Below are positions 33,714 to 43,857 of a stretch of 64,000 nt of DNA, in pieces (position 1 is the first letter of the stretch; every line of letters starts with the position of its first letter). A model generated the notes under the pieces. That model saw only the letters and a list, made by a program, of their open reading frames with translations, was not told the DNA's origin and ran no database searches. The stretch is taken from positions 138,142 to 202,141 of the IMG/VR virus record IMGVR_UViG_3300032236_001024. One strand, 5' to 3'. Position numbers and translations under genes: made by a program. This DNA is from a virus. Lineage: Duplodnaviria; Caudoviricetes.

Positions 33714-35093
33714 TTATTTAAAAAGACTCTTGATCTTTTGCTTTTTATCTTCATCCAATCCACCAAACTTGGATTTGGAGAAGACTGGTTTCTCATCAGC
33801 AATATCTTCTTGTGCTGACTGTTCAACGTCATACAATCTCATCTTGGCTCTGTCAATACCCACTACAAACTTTTTATGGATTGTAGGATCATTGTAGCGA
33901 TTCTTGAGTTGCTTGATCATGATCTGATTCAACTCTTCAAGTTTTTCAGAACTGATCAATGCAAACATAAAATCTGCTGTTGCAGGCAAACCAAATGATT
34001 CGGATGTATCAGTTAACTCAACATCTGAGTTTCCGTATCCGCTTCTAGTTGTCTGAGTTGCAGAGACAATTGGAACATTAAACTCAACAGCAAGTCCTCG
34101 TAGCTCTTCTGCAATAGATTTAATGTAGGTGTAGCTATTAACATTAGAACCAGTTTTAATACGAGAAGAACAACAGATATTGAGATAATCAATATAGATG
34201 ATATCAGGAATGAAGTTTCGCTTGATACGCAACTCATTGATCAAATGCCTAAAGTGTGCTGCACCAGCTGATGCTGTTGGATATTCTTTTATGATAAGTT
34301 TTCCAGTCGTTTTTTCCTTAACACGATTGATCTTTTTATCATACACATCTTTTGGAAGAAGAAGCAATTCATCAACAGTGACGTTAAGCAAATTAGCATC
34401 AATGCGTTCTGCAATCTTTTCTTCTGCCATTTCCATCGTGATATAAAGAACATTCTTTCCTTGTGCCAGATTGTTTGTAGCACAATGACACATGAACAAT
34501 GATTTACCAACACCAGTACCAGCAAGAGCAATATTCAAACTCTTATTGATAAGACCGCCTTTGGTAATCTTATTCATATAATCCAAATCAAATGGAATAC
34601 GTTCTTTCTTCTCATGATAGAAATCAAATCGATCATCAGAGTTATTAAAATAATCATGACCAATAGACACATCAAAAGATACTCCCAAAGCTTCTGTCAG
34701 AAGATTGGGAATTGAACCTTTTGATTGTGAACTTGTTTTATCATCAAGGATTTTGATTGATGCCATGATAGCATTATAAATGGCTTTGTCCTGACAAAAC
34801 TTTTCAGTTGAGTCAAGCAGCCATTCAATCTTAGTATCTTCTTTATTAAGGTCATCAATCAAGGTCTTTGAGTCCTTGAAGATGTTTTCAGAAATACCGT
34901 CCTTGTTATCTAATTCAAGATACAAAACTTCTTTTGTAGGAAGCGCATTGTACTTCTCTACATAATCCTTGATTAGATTATAAACAGTCTTATCCGAAAG
35001 ATTATGAAAATACTCATCCTTAATAAAAGGAAGAACCTTACGTGAGTAAGGTTCGTTGTAGATCAGATGAGATAGAATTGTTTTTTCGATCAT
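33714..35093 (-). CDS. 41: replicative helicase (T4 gp41)
   Basis: AGTGVGKS, ITMEMAEE, IDYLNI, SATQTTRSG, TSESFGLPATAD, KQLKNRY. Confidence 0.96.
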   Translation of the reverse strand: MIEKTILSHLIYNEPYSRKVLPFIKDEYFHNLSDKTVYNLIKDYVEKYNALPTKEVLYLELDNKDGISENIFKDSKTLIDDLNKEDTKIEWLLDSTEKFCQDKAIYNAIMASIKILDDKTSSQSKGSIPNLLTEALGVSFDVSIGHDYFNNSDDRFDFYHEKKERIPFDLDYMNKITKGGLINKSLNIALAGTGVGKSLFMCHCATNNLAQGKNVLYITMEMAEEKIAERIDANLLNVTVDELLLLPKDVYDKKINRVKEKTTGKLIIKEYPTASAGAAHFRHLINELRIKRNFIPDIIYIDYLNICCSSRIKTGSNVNSYTYIKSIAEELRGLAVEFNVPIVSATQTTRSGYGNSDVELTDTSESFGLPATADFMFALISSEKLEELNQIMIKQLKNRYNDPTIHKKFVVGIDRAKMRLYDVEQSAQEDIADEKPVFSKSKFGGLDEDKKQKIKSLFK

Positions 35094-35348
35094 TTACTTC
35101 TTTCGATTGTGTTTGATCAGACCCCCAATAAAGGTTTCTAAAAATCCGTACATGAATACGCATATAGCAATAATAATAATGAGACCAGCAATAACTGTGA
35201 ATGGCAACCATATAGGTGAGAGAACCCATAGCCAATCCCAATCAATATGTCCAGTAAGCTTAAGCCCAATGAACAGGATTGTCAATAGTCCACTAAATCC
35301 AATACCGTTATGAGTTACCTCAACGGTTTCTCTATCCTTAAGACTCAT
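35094..35348 (-). CDS. small membrane protein
   Basis: GFSGLLTILFIGLKLTGHIDWDWLWVLSPIW, two hydrophobic segments. Confidence 0.7.
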   Translation of the reverse strand: MSLKDRETVEVTHNGIGFSGLLTILFIGLKLTGHIDWDWLWVLSPIWLPFTVIAGLIIIIAICVFMYGFLETFIGGLIKHNRKK

Positions 35349-36399
35349 CTTCACCGTCCTCTTCATCACGAATCAAAGAACCAGACACAGTTGTATACTT
35401 ATTCTTCAACCAATCTGCAAAGTCAGTTTCATCAAACAACTTCTTCCAGAAAGCACCATTGCTTTCAATATCAGCCATTCGCATCTTGTCGCCAATGAAT
35501 TCACCAGTCGCACTATCAAAACGCTGGAACCATCCAACAGAAGGCTTGACAACATACTTACCTTCTTCTGCAAGTTCAACAAGGCCAGACCACTTATTAA
35601 TACCACCTTCATAGGTGACGTTAATAGGAATCTTGCTCTTTTCCTTTACATAACGAGACTTCTCGATATTGATGATGAAGCTATAGCCATCAATTTCCTT
35701 TGTCTTTGCATCCTTGTCTTGCTGACGACCAAGAATCCAGATTGTATCAGCGGAATAATAGATACCAGTACCACCACTGACAACATCCTTGCTATACATT
35801 TCAAGAGTCTTGTAGGTATGGTTGACAACAATCAAAGGAATATTCTTGAGCGTCAAGTGAGGTGTGACAATACGGAACAATGACTTCAATGCCTTTGAAC
35901 GAGACATATCAGTGACAGACTTGCTATCCATTGCATCTTCGACTTCTTTCTTGGAAGCAAGATTGCCAACAGAGTCAACAACAATAATAACATGATCATT
36001 ACGGTCAATATTTTGCAATTGATTTGCAATATCGAATTTCAATTCTTCAATGTCGGTGATTGGAACGTGAACAACACGATTCATATCAATATCAAAAGAT
36101 TTAAAATAACCTTCTGGCGTACCAAACTCAGAGTCATAAAAAAGCATAACAGCATCTGGATACTTCTTTAGATATGCAGCTGCCATAAGCAAAGAGAATG
36201 CAGACTTGAAGTGCTTTGAAGGACCAGCAAGAACAGTAAGACCGGGAGTCAAACCACCATCAATGTTACCAGACAATGCGACATTAATCATGGGAATGCT
36301 TGTTGGGATCATATCCTTCTTACCATAAATCTTGCTCTCAGAGAGAACAGAGATTTGCTTGATCTTTGAATTCTTAATAAGACGATCTACTAGTGACAT
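35338..36399 (-). CDS. uvsX: RecA-like recombinase
   Basis: AGPSKHFKS, YDSEFG, DSVGNLAS, SGGTGIYYSAD; start set to MSLVDRL. Confidence 0.96.
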   Translation of the reverse strand: MSLVDRLIKNSKIKQISVLSESKIYGKKDMIPTSIPMINVALSGNIDGGLTPGLTVLAGPSKHFKSAFSLLMAAAYLKKYPDAVMLFYDSEFGTPEGYFKSFDIDMNRVVHVPITDIEELKFDIANQLQNIDRNDHVIIVVDSVGNLASKKEVEDAMDSKSVTDMSRSKALKSLFRIVTPHLTLKNIPLIVVNHTYKTLEMYSKDVVSGGTGIYYSADTIWILGRQQDKDAKTKEIDGYSFIINIEKSRYVKEKSKIPINVTYEGGINKWSGLVELAEEGKYVVKPSVGWFQRFDSATGEFIGDKMRMADIESNGAFWKKLFDETDFADWLKNKYTTVSGSLIRDEEDGEDES

Positions 36400-36409
36400 A
36401 ATATTTTCC

Positions 36410-36661
36410 TTAACTTTCGAGGATTGAATTGAGTTTTGCAATAAATTCGTTGATTCTTTCTTCACGATTAGGCCAATTGATTGTTGGCTTATCTGGATTC
36501 TTCTTTAGGTTATTTAACAGTGGCATAATCATGCTGTGCATTTCACTACACTTGCTCTTCCACTTCATAACATCTGCTGACTTTGCAGTCAAGTCACCTT
36601 GCATCTTTTTTGATGACTCTTCATGATTATCTGAAAATGTAAATCCAAAATCATCTGTCAT
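36410..36661 (-). CDS. small hypothetical protein between gp43 and uvsX
   Basis: DDFGFTF...PLLNNLKKNPDK..INWPNR. Confidence 0.7.
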   Translation of the reverse strand: MTDDFGFTFSDNHEESSKKMQGDLTAKSADVMKWKSKCSEMHSMIMPLLNNLKKNPDKPTINWPNREERINEFIAKLNSILES

Positions 36662-36666
36662 TTATT

Positions 36667-38007
36667 TTACTCCCAAAATTCGTCTAGTGTGTTTCTCTTT
36701 TCGACTTGCCAACCAATCACATCAAGAATGGTTTTGATCGGTTCGACAAATGCCTTACTGTATTGTAGTTCATAATCAATGTACTTGTCAAGATTCAATT
36801 GACGAGGAATATTATGATGACATGCTATCACGTTTTCTTTGATAGGATTTGGCATCTTCATATAACAGAACTTGATCTTATCTCCATCTTGGATAAGAGG
36901 ATAACGCTTATCCAATCCTTCTTTCTTCAAAAGATTATTATACACAAGTGATGCACGGACATGCATTGGCGTACCTGACTTGTATATATCATACTTATCA
37001 GACCACTTAGAAAGATTCTTGCAACCACGGGGGAATGCAACTTCTTCAAACGAAAGCTTCTTGAACTCTTGACGGAAATCAGCGATGAACTTTATCATAT
37101 CATCTTCCTTTTTTGTCATGAGAACTTCCATAGCTTTCTTGATATTATCTCGACAAGCTTGTGGAGTAGATGAACGAACAGCTTCGATGCCCATCATCTT
37201 CAACTTAGGTTCATGATATTGAACACCTTCGTTGTTCCATACATGTAAGATGTAACGCTTTTTCGCAGTCCAAATACCTTTGCTTGCAATAGACTCACGC
37301 TTCATCTGCATCTTCTGTGCATATGCATTCATGTATTCTGCTAGTTCATTGTAGCACTTATCAATGAATGCTTGAACCTTAGTCTCACAGAATGCATCGA
37401 TAGCACCAACAATGAATGGAGCATCATCAGTGTTGAGAAGTTTTACCATTTCTGCCATCTTCACATAAATTGAATCAGTATCAGATGCAATCACATAATC
37501 AACATCCTTTGTCTTGCATACCTTGTTCATAAATTCATTCATCTTCTTTTCAATCCACTTGATTGAAAGCTGACCAGATAGAGTAATAGAAGTAGCAAGA
37601 TTATCATCATACCAACGGAAGTACTCATTAGACAACGCACCATATGCAGAGTTAAGCTGAATCTTCTTAGCCAACTGCATATTATGATTGCGAGCAATCA
37701 TCTTCACGTTCTCTTCTGATGGTGAAGCTTCTTGTGCTTTCTTAGCTTCGATCATGCGCTGCTTGAACACCACACGATCATTGTACATGTTCTCCATCAG
37801 AGTAGGAAGGAAGCCCTGCTTTCTTATATCATACAATTCTTTATTTGGCGTAATCGTTAGATTATAATTCTGCAATATGCTGGTATCAATTTTTTTACAT
37901 AATGCATTTTCAACACTCATATATTTTTTAATATAAAGTATCGAATTCAAATCCTCTATTTCGCAAATTATTTCTTCATCAGACATAGTGTCTATTGATC
38001 TGAACAT
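36667..38007 (-). CDS. 43: DNA polymerase gp43, C-terminal part (fingers, motifs B/C, thumb)
   Basis: GFLP, KIQLNSAYG, ASDTDSIY, KKRY, MGIEAVRSSTP, C-terminal clamp motif TLDEFW. Confidence 0.95.
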   Translation of the reverse strand: MFRSIDTMSDEEIICEIEDLNSILYIKKYMSVENALCKKIDTSILQNYNLTITPNKELYDIRKQGFLPTLMENMYNDRVVFKQRMIEAKKAQEASPSEENVKMIARNHNMQLAKKIQLNSAYGALSNEYFRWYDDNLATSITLSGQLSIKWIEKKMNEFMNKVCKTKDVDYVIASDTDSIYVKMAEMVKLLNTDDAPFIVGAIDAFCETKVQAFIDKCYNELAEYMNAYAQKMQMKRESIASKGIWTAKKRYILHVWNNEGVQYHEPKLKMMGIEAVRSSTPQACRDNIKKAMEVLMTKKEDDMIKFIADFRQEFKKLSFEEVAFPRGCKNLSKWSDKYDIYKSGTPMHVRASLVYNNLLKKEGLDKRYPLIQDGDKIKFCYMKMPNPIKENVIACHHNIPRQLNLDKYIDYELQYSKAFVEPIKTILDVIGWQVEKRNTLDEFWE

Positions 38008-38540
38008 TTGTTACTCTTCTTTCTATTTTCTGAAATAGTTAAATATTGAAGATTGTCTGGATGATGTTTTCCACCTTTTGAAATGGGTATTATATGATCA
38101 ACTTCATAACCTTTTGGACATTCAATGTACATCTTCATTGTACGTTCTTTTTCTTCTTTAGTCAAATCAACTAAAGCGTCCCGCATGTATGCTCTTCTAT
38201 TAGCAGCAACATTATTTAACATTTTTCTCTTATGATTTGCACCAAGATATCTATAATCAGAAGAACATTTATGGGAACAAAATTTTATCTCCCATCTTCC
38301 CTCATAACGAGAAGGAACAACTTTAAAAATATTTTTGCAATGTTGGCATATCTTTTCTAACTTACGTTCTTTATTTTCATTTTCAAGATTTTTAGGTTTT
38401 TTTATATCAAATTCTTGACATTTTTTCTTTATTAGAACTGAAGAACATCCATAAAATGATGCTATCCAGTCTCTTGTTTTATTTTGAATTATAAAAAGTT
38501 TATATAAATCTTCTTTTTTTATTAAAAATTTATGCTTCAT
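37992..38540 (-). mobile_element. HNH homing endonuclease gene inserted in gp43
   Basis: HTH-like N-term, CxxC...CSHKC, VDHIIPISKGGKHHPDNLQYLTISENRKK; AT-rich relative to the polymerase. Confidence 0.88.
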
Positions 38541-38560
38541 TTTATCCTCACTATGTTAAA

Positions 38561-39859
38561 CTACTTATGTCTATTTAGTGAATTTTGAAGTTGATAAATT
38601 CTTTTATGTATATGAGTTTCTGATACCATATTTTCTGGTGAAATTGCATACTGCATGATCAGATGTGGATATAGTGAATTCAAATCGAATGACACCACCC
38701 AATCATGCATACCAAGCAAGGGGTCTTTCACATATGCACCAACGATCTGTTCGTCCTTGTGGGTACGTTTGTTCTGAGGAATGACGATGCGTTGATTGAT
38801 AAGGTAGTTGTGAATGATAACATCCCACAAGCGCACAGAAGTAAACGCATCTGCAAAGTTCACCTTCGCATCATACGCAATAGCATAAACCTGTTCAATA
38901 AATTTCAGCTTGTCATCAAGACGATCAACAAGATCAACGTCCTTGATATTGTACTCAATGAAAAGCTGATAGTTCTTCTTATACAAATCAAACAGCGATT
39001 CATACTCAGAGTAATCAAGCTTGCGTTCACCAAGTTCAATGTGGGCGATGTGATCTAGACGATATGATTCTTGATTGGTGAATGAGAACTTCCTATAAAG
39101 TTGCAGATAATCAAGAATTGTAATTCCAATAGGAAGATACGACTTCTGAACAGAACCAAACTTTTCTACTGTACGTTCTTCAATGATGCCCCAAGGAGAA
39201 ATCTTCTTAGCCATTTCATTGCCAAGCAAACTACGCACACGATTGATGATGTAAGGAATATCGAAGTACTCGACGTTCCAACCAGTCACAACATCAGGCT
39301 GAAACCATTTGGAACGCCAGATATCAAGAAACTTGATGAGCAAAGATTCTTCATCCTTACACCTAAAGTACTTCACATTCTCATTATCAGTTTTGAATTC
39401 ACCACAACCAAGAACGATATAGAACCCATCCTTCTTCATTGTGATAGCAGTGATCTCTTTATCAGCTGTCTCGATATTAGGAAACCCTTGATCAGCTGCA
39501 ACCTCGATATCGATGTTTACGATAGAGATTTGCTTTGGGTCATAATCGATTTCGCCGGGATAATAATCGTTGATGAATGGGTAGACGAATTGTGTCATGC
39601 CATAAATCTCAAAGTTGGAAACATCCTCATACTTCTTTGCGAAGTCACGAGCATCTTTTGGCGAGTCAAAGTCCATACGCTTTACAGCATCACCTTTGAG
39701 TGTCCTGAATTCAATCTCATCCACATTGTTTGGATTGTTATTGTGGACAAACAGATACGGCTTGCAAGGTATCTTTTCAAACACACGATTCCCACCATCG
39801 TAACCACGAAGCAGGATGTTGTCGAAGTGAAGATGTGCATGGGTGTAAAATTTGCTCAT
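38561..39859 (-). CDS. 43: DNA polymerase gp43, N-terminal part (exonuclease + motif A)
   Basis: IDIEV, GWNVEYFDIPY, YNIKDV, GAYVK, SFDLNSLYPH, then a stop. Confidence 0.95.
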   Translation of the reverse strand: MSKFYTHAHLHFDNILLRGYDGGNRVFEKIPCKPYLFVHNNNPNNVDEIEFRTLKGDAVKRMDFDSPKDARDFAKKYEDVSNFEIYGMTQFVYPFINDYYPGEIDYDPKQISIVNIDIEVAADQGFPNIETADKEITAITMKKDGFYIVLGCGEFKTDNENVKYFRCKDEESLLIKFLDIWRSKWFQPDVVTGWNVEYFDIPYIINRVRSLLGNEMAKKISPWGIIEERTVEKFGSVQKSYLPIGITILDYLQLYRKFSFTNQESYRLDHIAHIELGERKLDYSEYESLFDLYKKNYQLFIEYNIKDVDLVDRLDDKLKFIEQVYAIAYDAKVNFADAFTSVRLWDVIIHNYLINQRIVIPQNKRTHKDEQIVGAYVKDPLLGMHDWVVSFDLNSLYPHLIMQYAISPENMVSETHIHKRIYQLQNSLNRHK

Positions 39860-39931
39860 ACGAATACCTTATACCAAAGTGAGCCAAGATGCAAGCTAAA
39901 AATTAGGGGGCAATGAAGCCCCCTAACAAGA

Positions 39932-40096
39932 TTATTTTCTACAATTTTCCATTGCTAAGTTCAAGATATCTCCACGAGTAATGCCAATATCAGCAAGTTC
40001 TCTATCAGTCAAATTAGATAGCTCATTGATGATACTGTAATATCTTGTACTGACCGAAATTTCTTTCAGCCAATAATCTATCCATGTTTTTATCAT
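39932..40096 (-). CDS. DUF1127-like small protein (54 aa, not in the ORF track)
   Basis: Manual translation ...INELSNLTDRELADIGITRGDI matches the LxxLxDxxLxDIGxxR motif. Confidence 0.8.
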   Translation of the reverse strand: MIKTWIDYWLKEISVSTRYYSIINELSNLTDRELADIGITRGDILNLAMENCRK

Positions 40097-40103
40097 TTAT
40101 TTT

Positions 40104-40625
40104 TTATTCTGTGATAAGTTGTTTCTTTGACTTCTTTGCAGTAACTTCTGTTTCTGCATCGTCGGTGATATCAATCTTCTTAGGCTTCTTGCTTTCTGGA
40201 ATAATATGCTCAAGCCAAATCTTGAGGATACCATTCACCATCGAAGCATTGTTCACAACAACATTATCAGCAAGCGAGAAGGTACGAGTGAACGCACGAT
40301 CCGCAATTCCCTTATGAAGATATTGTACATCAATACCATCAGATGTGAGAGTATCGATTGTGGTATTTCCCTTGACGACAAGCTTGTTCTCTTCAAGAGT
40401 CAATTCGATATCCTGCTTACCAAATCCAGCAACAGCAAGTTCGACAACGTAAACATTTTCGTCTGTCTTCTTGAGATTGAATGGAGGATATCCATTCCCA
40501 GCTGTCTTCTGAATGTGTTCGTAAGTTTCGGTCATCTTTTGAGCCAGCTTATCTGCTCCAACAAAAAACTTATCGAACTTGGCAAGGTCAGCGAATGTGT
40601 GATCGAATTTATATGGTGTATTCAT
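40104..40625 (-). CDS. small heat-shock protein Hsp20 (IbpA-like)
   Basis: YPPFNL, ELAVAGF, YLHKGIADRAFTRTF, NGIL, IPESKKPKKI. Confidence 0.92.
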   Translation of the reverse strand: MNTPYKFDHTFADLAKFDKFFVGADKLAQKMTETYEHIQKTAGNGYPPFNLKKTDENVYVVELAVAGFGKQDIELTLEENKLVVKGNTTIDTLTSDGIDVQYLHKGIADRAFTRTFSLADNVVVNNASMVNGILKIWLEHIIPESKKPKKIDITDDAETEVTAKKSKKQLITE

Positions 40626-40736
40626 CTCATTTCTCCTATGTTAGCGAGATTCATAAATATGCCGTCCAATTATGCTACGGCATAAATATATTTAGGTTGG
40701 ATTGAAGCAAAAATCAAGAGTAGAGGATAAAAAAAT

Positions 40737-41189
40737 ATGGCTGATGAACCAAATAAACCACATACTGAAGATTTTGCTACTGCGAAGTGGAGACCCTTTA
40801 TGGGTTGGACATATATGGCTATATGTTTCTTTGATTTTGTTATTGGTCCTGTTATGAATGTGGCATTTTCTATTATAACAAAAACACCACTGATACCTTG
40901 GAAGTCACTCACACTAGACAATGGTGGATTGTTCCATCTTGCTATGGGTGCAGTTCTAGGTGTTGCTGCTTATGGAAGAACACAAGAGAAGGTCGCTAAG
41001 ATTGATAATGGTATTCCGTTGCCGGGATCGCCTACACCATCTGCACCGTCTCCTGCACCAGCACCAATGCCTGATCCTACACCAGTCCCTGCGCCTGTAG
41101 TATCAGCACCAGCACCAACTGCAATAGTAAATGCTGATCCTGCACCAGCACCAACACCAGTTGTGTCAACACGCAAAAGATTTAGTTAA
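40737..41189 (+). CDS. holin-like membrane protein with Pro/Ala-rich tail
   Basis: WRPFMGW, hydrophobic segments, GVAAYGRTQEK; CATAAATA upstream at 40681. Confidence 0.65.
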   Translation: MADEPNKPHTEDFATAKWRPFMGWTYMAICFFDFVIGPVMNVAFSIITKTPLIPWKSLTLDNGGLFHLAMGAVLGVAAYGRTQEKVAKIDNGIPLPGSPTPSAPSPAPAPMPDPTPVPAPVVSAPAPTAIVNADPAPAPTPVVSTRKRFS

Positions 41190-41447
41190 AAAATATTGGG
41201 GCGGTTATGCCGCCCCTTTTATCTTGAAGTGCGTAAACACGTTGTCCTTATCAAAGGATTGAACATCACGTATCCAAGCTAGAGCATCTTTTTCTGTTGC
41301 AAAATGCAATCTATCTTTAATGGTTAGACCGTTTAGAGCGCCTCTATTGAGGAGTTTTTCGAATTCAACAACATATCTACAAGTCTTTTCTTTTAGGTCA
41401 GTCATTTTCAGTCTCCATTTTTGCACCAGTCTATTTATCAAAAAAGA

Positions 41448-41523
41448 TGGTAGGCGTGGAGGGAATCGAACCCCCAACCAGACTATTATGAGTAGTCGGC
41501 TCTGACCGTTGAGCTACACGCCT
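41448..41523 (-). tRNA. tRNA with CAU anticodon (probably Ile2; Met not excluded)
   Basis: GACTA-CT-CAT-AA-TAGTC, paired 1-72, no initiator GGG/CCC, CCA. Confidence 0.85.
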
Positions 41524-41692
41524 ATTGGTATTTAGAAGGGAACAATAAAGTCCTCTCCAACTGAAATTAATCTTTCCAGATTCTTGATCTCAGTTTTCAA
41601 TTTCTCTACGTTTTCGCCGTTCCATTCTGCTTCACTCAATTGCTTTCGTTTAGCTTTGAGTACATCATATGTACGGGGGAAAGGATCGTTCA

Positions 41693-41938
41693 TTACATCA
41701 TACCAATCTTTTGCATGTAAAGTTCAAGAAGTGTCTCTTCCTCTTGACGCTCTTCCCTTGACTTACGACGAAGAGAAACGATCTTGCGGACAATCTTGGT
41801 ATCATATCCTGCAGACTTCACTTCAACATAAATCTCCTTGATATCCTCAGAGATTGCTCGCTTGTCTTCATCCAGTCGCTCAATACGATCAATGTATCCC
41901 AGCAACTGATCCTTATTCACATTATCACTCATTGTCAA
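41693..41938 (-). CDS. DUF2312/GapR-like nucleoid-associated protein
   Basis: IDRIERLDEDKRAISEDIKEIY..KSAGYDTKIVRKIVSLRR...EEETLLELY. Confidence 0.88.
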   Translation of the reverse strand: MTMSDNVNKDQLLGYIDRIERLDEDKRAISEDIKEIYVEVKSAGYDTKIVRKIVSLRRKSREERQEEETLLELYMQKIGMM

Positions 41939-41986
41939 TATCCTTTTAGAGAAAGTGGAGGGGGAGATTTCTCTCCCCCGTTTTTA

Positions 41987-42928
41987 TTAGGCAGCGTCAG
42001 CGAATTCCACTGCCTTTTCCAGAGCCAGAACCTTGCGGTTGCGGTTGGGACCATACCATGCAGACTGCAAACGAGTCTCAGGGTTATGACCAAGAACGTG
42101 ATCGGTGGTGAAGGTCACAGCATTGAAAGCCTGCCACCACGAACCCTTACCAAACTCTGCTCCCGGCTGAGTGTCGAGAACTTCCATAACCTGAGTCGCA
42201 GGACGAGAAAGAACCTTCTTGTTCTCCTTTGACATAGCAGGAAAGATAGCCTGCAGATATTCAGTGAGGTTTTCCTCATTGTACTGGCGAGACGAAAGAA
42301 ACTCAGCAGTTTCCTTGTAGGTGTCCATCTTGGTGTGAGCGATACCCAAAGTGCGACGAACCATATCAGCATCAAAAGCACGGCGATGGTTCAACTTCAC
42401 CATAAGGTCACTAGAAGTACCAAGAGCCAAGGTGAGCGTGTTGTTGCAGACCACACGAATGGGAGTAAACCGAATGTCAATCGACTTACCATATTCATGA
42501 GGATTGCTGAACAGAAGATACGAATCCACACGATCACCACCAAGGATTTCGAAGCTATCCTTGACCTTGGCGAGAGCCCAAACATTCTTACCCTCACGAA
42601 GCGAACCAGCAGTGTGCATTTCCATGTCACCAGCCATCACGAAGTCATGAAAGAATTCGAAAGCTTCGTGATTCTGGACAGGCTTCCAGTCAGCGGAAAC
42701 CATCGTCAGAATCTTGTCGTCAGACGAACGAACCAGGGCCTGAGTGTCAGTGACAATCTTTTTACCCTTGCGAGTGATGAAGGTCGGAACCTTCTCAACC
42801 GTCCAATCCAAACCAGCCTCTACGAGCATCTGGTCAGGAGTGAGATCATGATGAACGCTCTTGCCAAGACCATGCCAAGGGGTTTCACCAGCGTAAGCCA
42901 TCGTTTCCATATTGTGCGCCATAACCAA
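41987..42928 (-). CDS. DUF932/DUF945 (TIGR03299-like) phage protein
   Basis: MAYAGETPWHGLG, PVQN.EAFEFF, TAGSL, FTPIRVVCNNTL. Confidence 0.85.
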   Translation of the reverse strand: MVMAHNMETMAYAGETPWHGLGKSVHHDLTPDQMLVEAGLDWTVEKVPTFITRKGKKIVTDTQALVRSSDDKILTMVSADWKPVQNHEAFEFFHDFVMAGDMEMHTAGSLREGKNVWALAKVKDSFEILGGDRVDSYLLFSNPHEYGKSIDIRFTPIRVVCNNTLTLALGTSSDLMVKLNHRRAFDADMVRRTLGIAHTKMDTYKETAEFLSSRQYNEENLTEYLQAIFPAMSKENKKVLSRPATQVMEVLDTQPGAEFGKGSWWQAFNAVTFTTDHVLGHNPETRLQSAWYGPNRNRKVLALEKAVEFADAA

Positions 42929-42967
42929 GTTCCTTTCAGTTCATGAGTCCCTTGACTCAATATAAAG

Positions 42968-42996
42968 ATACTACCCTATCACCATTTCCGTGTCAA
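42968..42996 (-). promoter_or_regulatory. sigma70-like early promoter
   Basis: TTGACA-N17-TAGTAT. Confidence 0.65.
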
Positions 42997-43015
42997 CTGC
43001 TTTTTTGAAAAAAAT

Positions 43016-43612
43016 TCAACTTCCATCATCTTCGTCGAGATTTTCTTCGTCCTCGTCTTCCTTATTCCATTCCTTCCAATTTTCGTAGTCATCCTCAAGG
43101 TTGAAATCTTCAATCAGGCTCTCAGGAATGTCATCACGCCAATCTTCATCCTCAAAGTCAACATTGTAACATTCATCGCCATCTTCGCTGGTGTAGATAC
43201 CAACAAAAGACATACCTTCCTCACGATACTTAAGCTCAACAATAAAACCAAGGTCTGTGAGTGCTTCCATAGCTGTCACAGGTGGAGACCATGCAGATTG
43301 GAACCATCCTGTGGCGGATTTGGTCTCAGGATCATAATCAAACTCTCCTTCCGCAATTTCCCACTTTGTTCCCCAATTTTCGACACGCCATGAGTACCAG
43401 CTTGCATGACCAAACTTTTCGAGATTTTCAGCCTCCAAAGCCTTAGCACGATCATTGTAACCTTCGCCAATCCCAACTTCAACAAGAAGTTCAGGAGGAC
43501 AAGGAACAAATTCGTTCAGGAAATTTCCTTCCTTAAACGCTTTATCAAGACGCTCCATCATAGCGGGGTCTTCATGTGAGATATGAATTGAATTGTCGCA
43601 CCAGTTAGGCAT
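43016..43612 (-). CDS. DUF1281/YubB ferredoxin-like protein
   Basis: MPNWCDN, WYSWRVENWGTKW, FQSAWSPP. Confidence 0.78.
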   Translation of the reverse strand: MPNWCDNSIHISHEDPAMMERLDKAFKEGNFLNEFVPCPPELLVEVGIGEGYNDRAKALEAENLEKFGHASWYSWRVENWGTKWEIAEGEFDYDPETKSATGWFQSAWSPPVTAMEALTDLGFIVELKYREEGMSFVGIYTSEDGDECYNVDFEDEDWRDDIPESLIEDFNLEDDYENWKEWNKEDEDEENLDEDDGS

Positions 43613-43623
43613 AGGTTCTCTCC

Positions 43624-43857
43624 TTAGTTTGTATAACGGAAATAGCAGTCAACGATATCTTTCAGTTGTTGATCTGCTTCATAGTAATAGTCCTCATCCA
43701 TGATGGCAAGAAGAATCTCTTCATAATCATCTGTTGAAAGATGATTCTTCAAAACCTTTAGATATTTCTGACCTGTATCAGTATTCCTCACCTCTTCCTC
43801 AAGAGGATCATACATAGGCTGTTCAGCCATCTTTGGGAATTGCACAACATTGCTCAT
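43624..43857 (-). CDS. small hypothetical early protein
   Basis: 77-aa ORF with RBS. Confidence 0.6.
   Translation of the reverse strand: MSNVVQFPKMAEQPMYDPLEEEVRNTDTGQKYLKVLKNHLSTDDYEEILLAIMDEDYYYEADQQLKDIVDCYFRYTN

Noticed and set aside
37992-38560. Group I intron or intein in gp43
   Set aside because: The HNH ORF fills almost the whole gap, no P/Q/R/S-like core is visible, there is no Cys/Ser...His-Asn intein signature, and gp43-N ends in a stop codon.
39101-39916. 271-aa plus-strand ORF (also 42335-42946, 203 aa)
   Set aside because: Antisense to well-supported genes (gp43, DUF932); long shadow ORFs are expected from their codon bias.
41030-41170. Pro/Ala repeats in the holin-like gene
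   Set aside because: Ordinary low-complexity coding linker with no regular DNA repeat unit.
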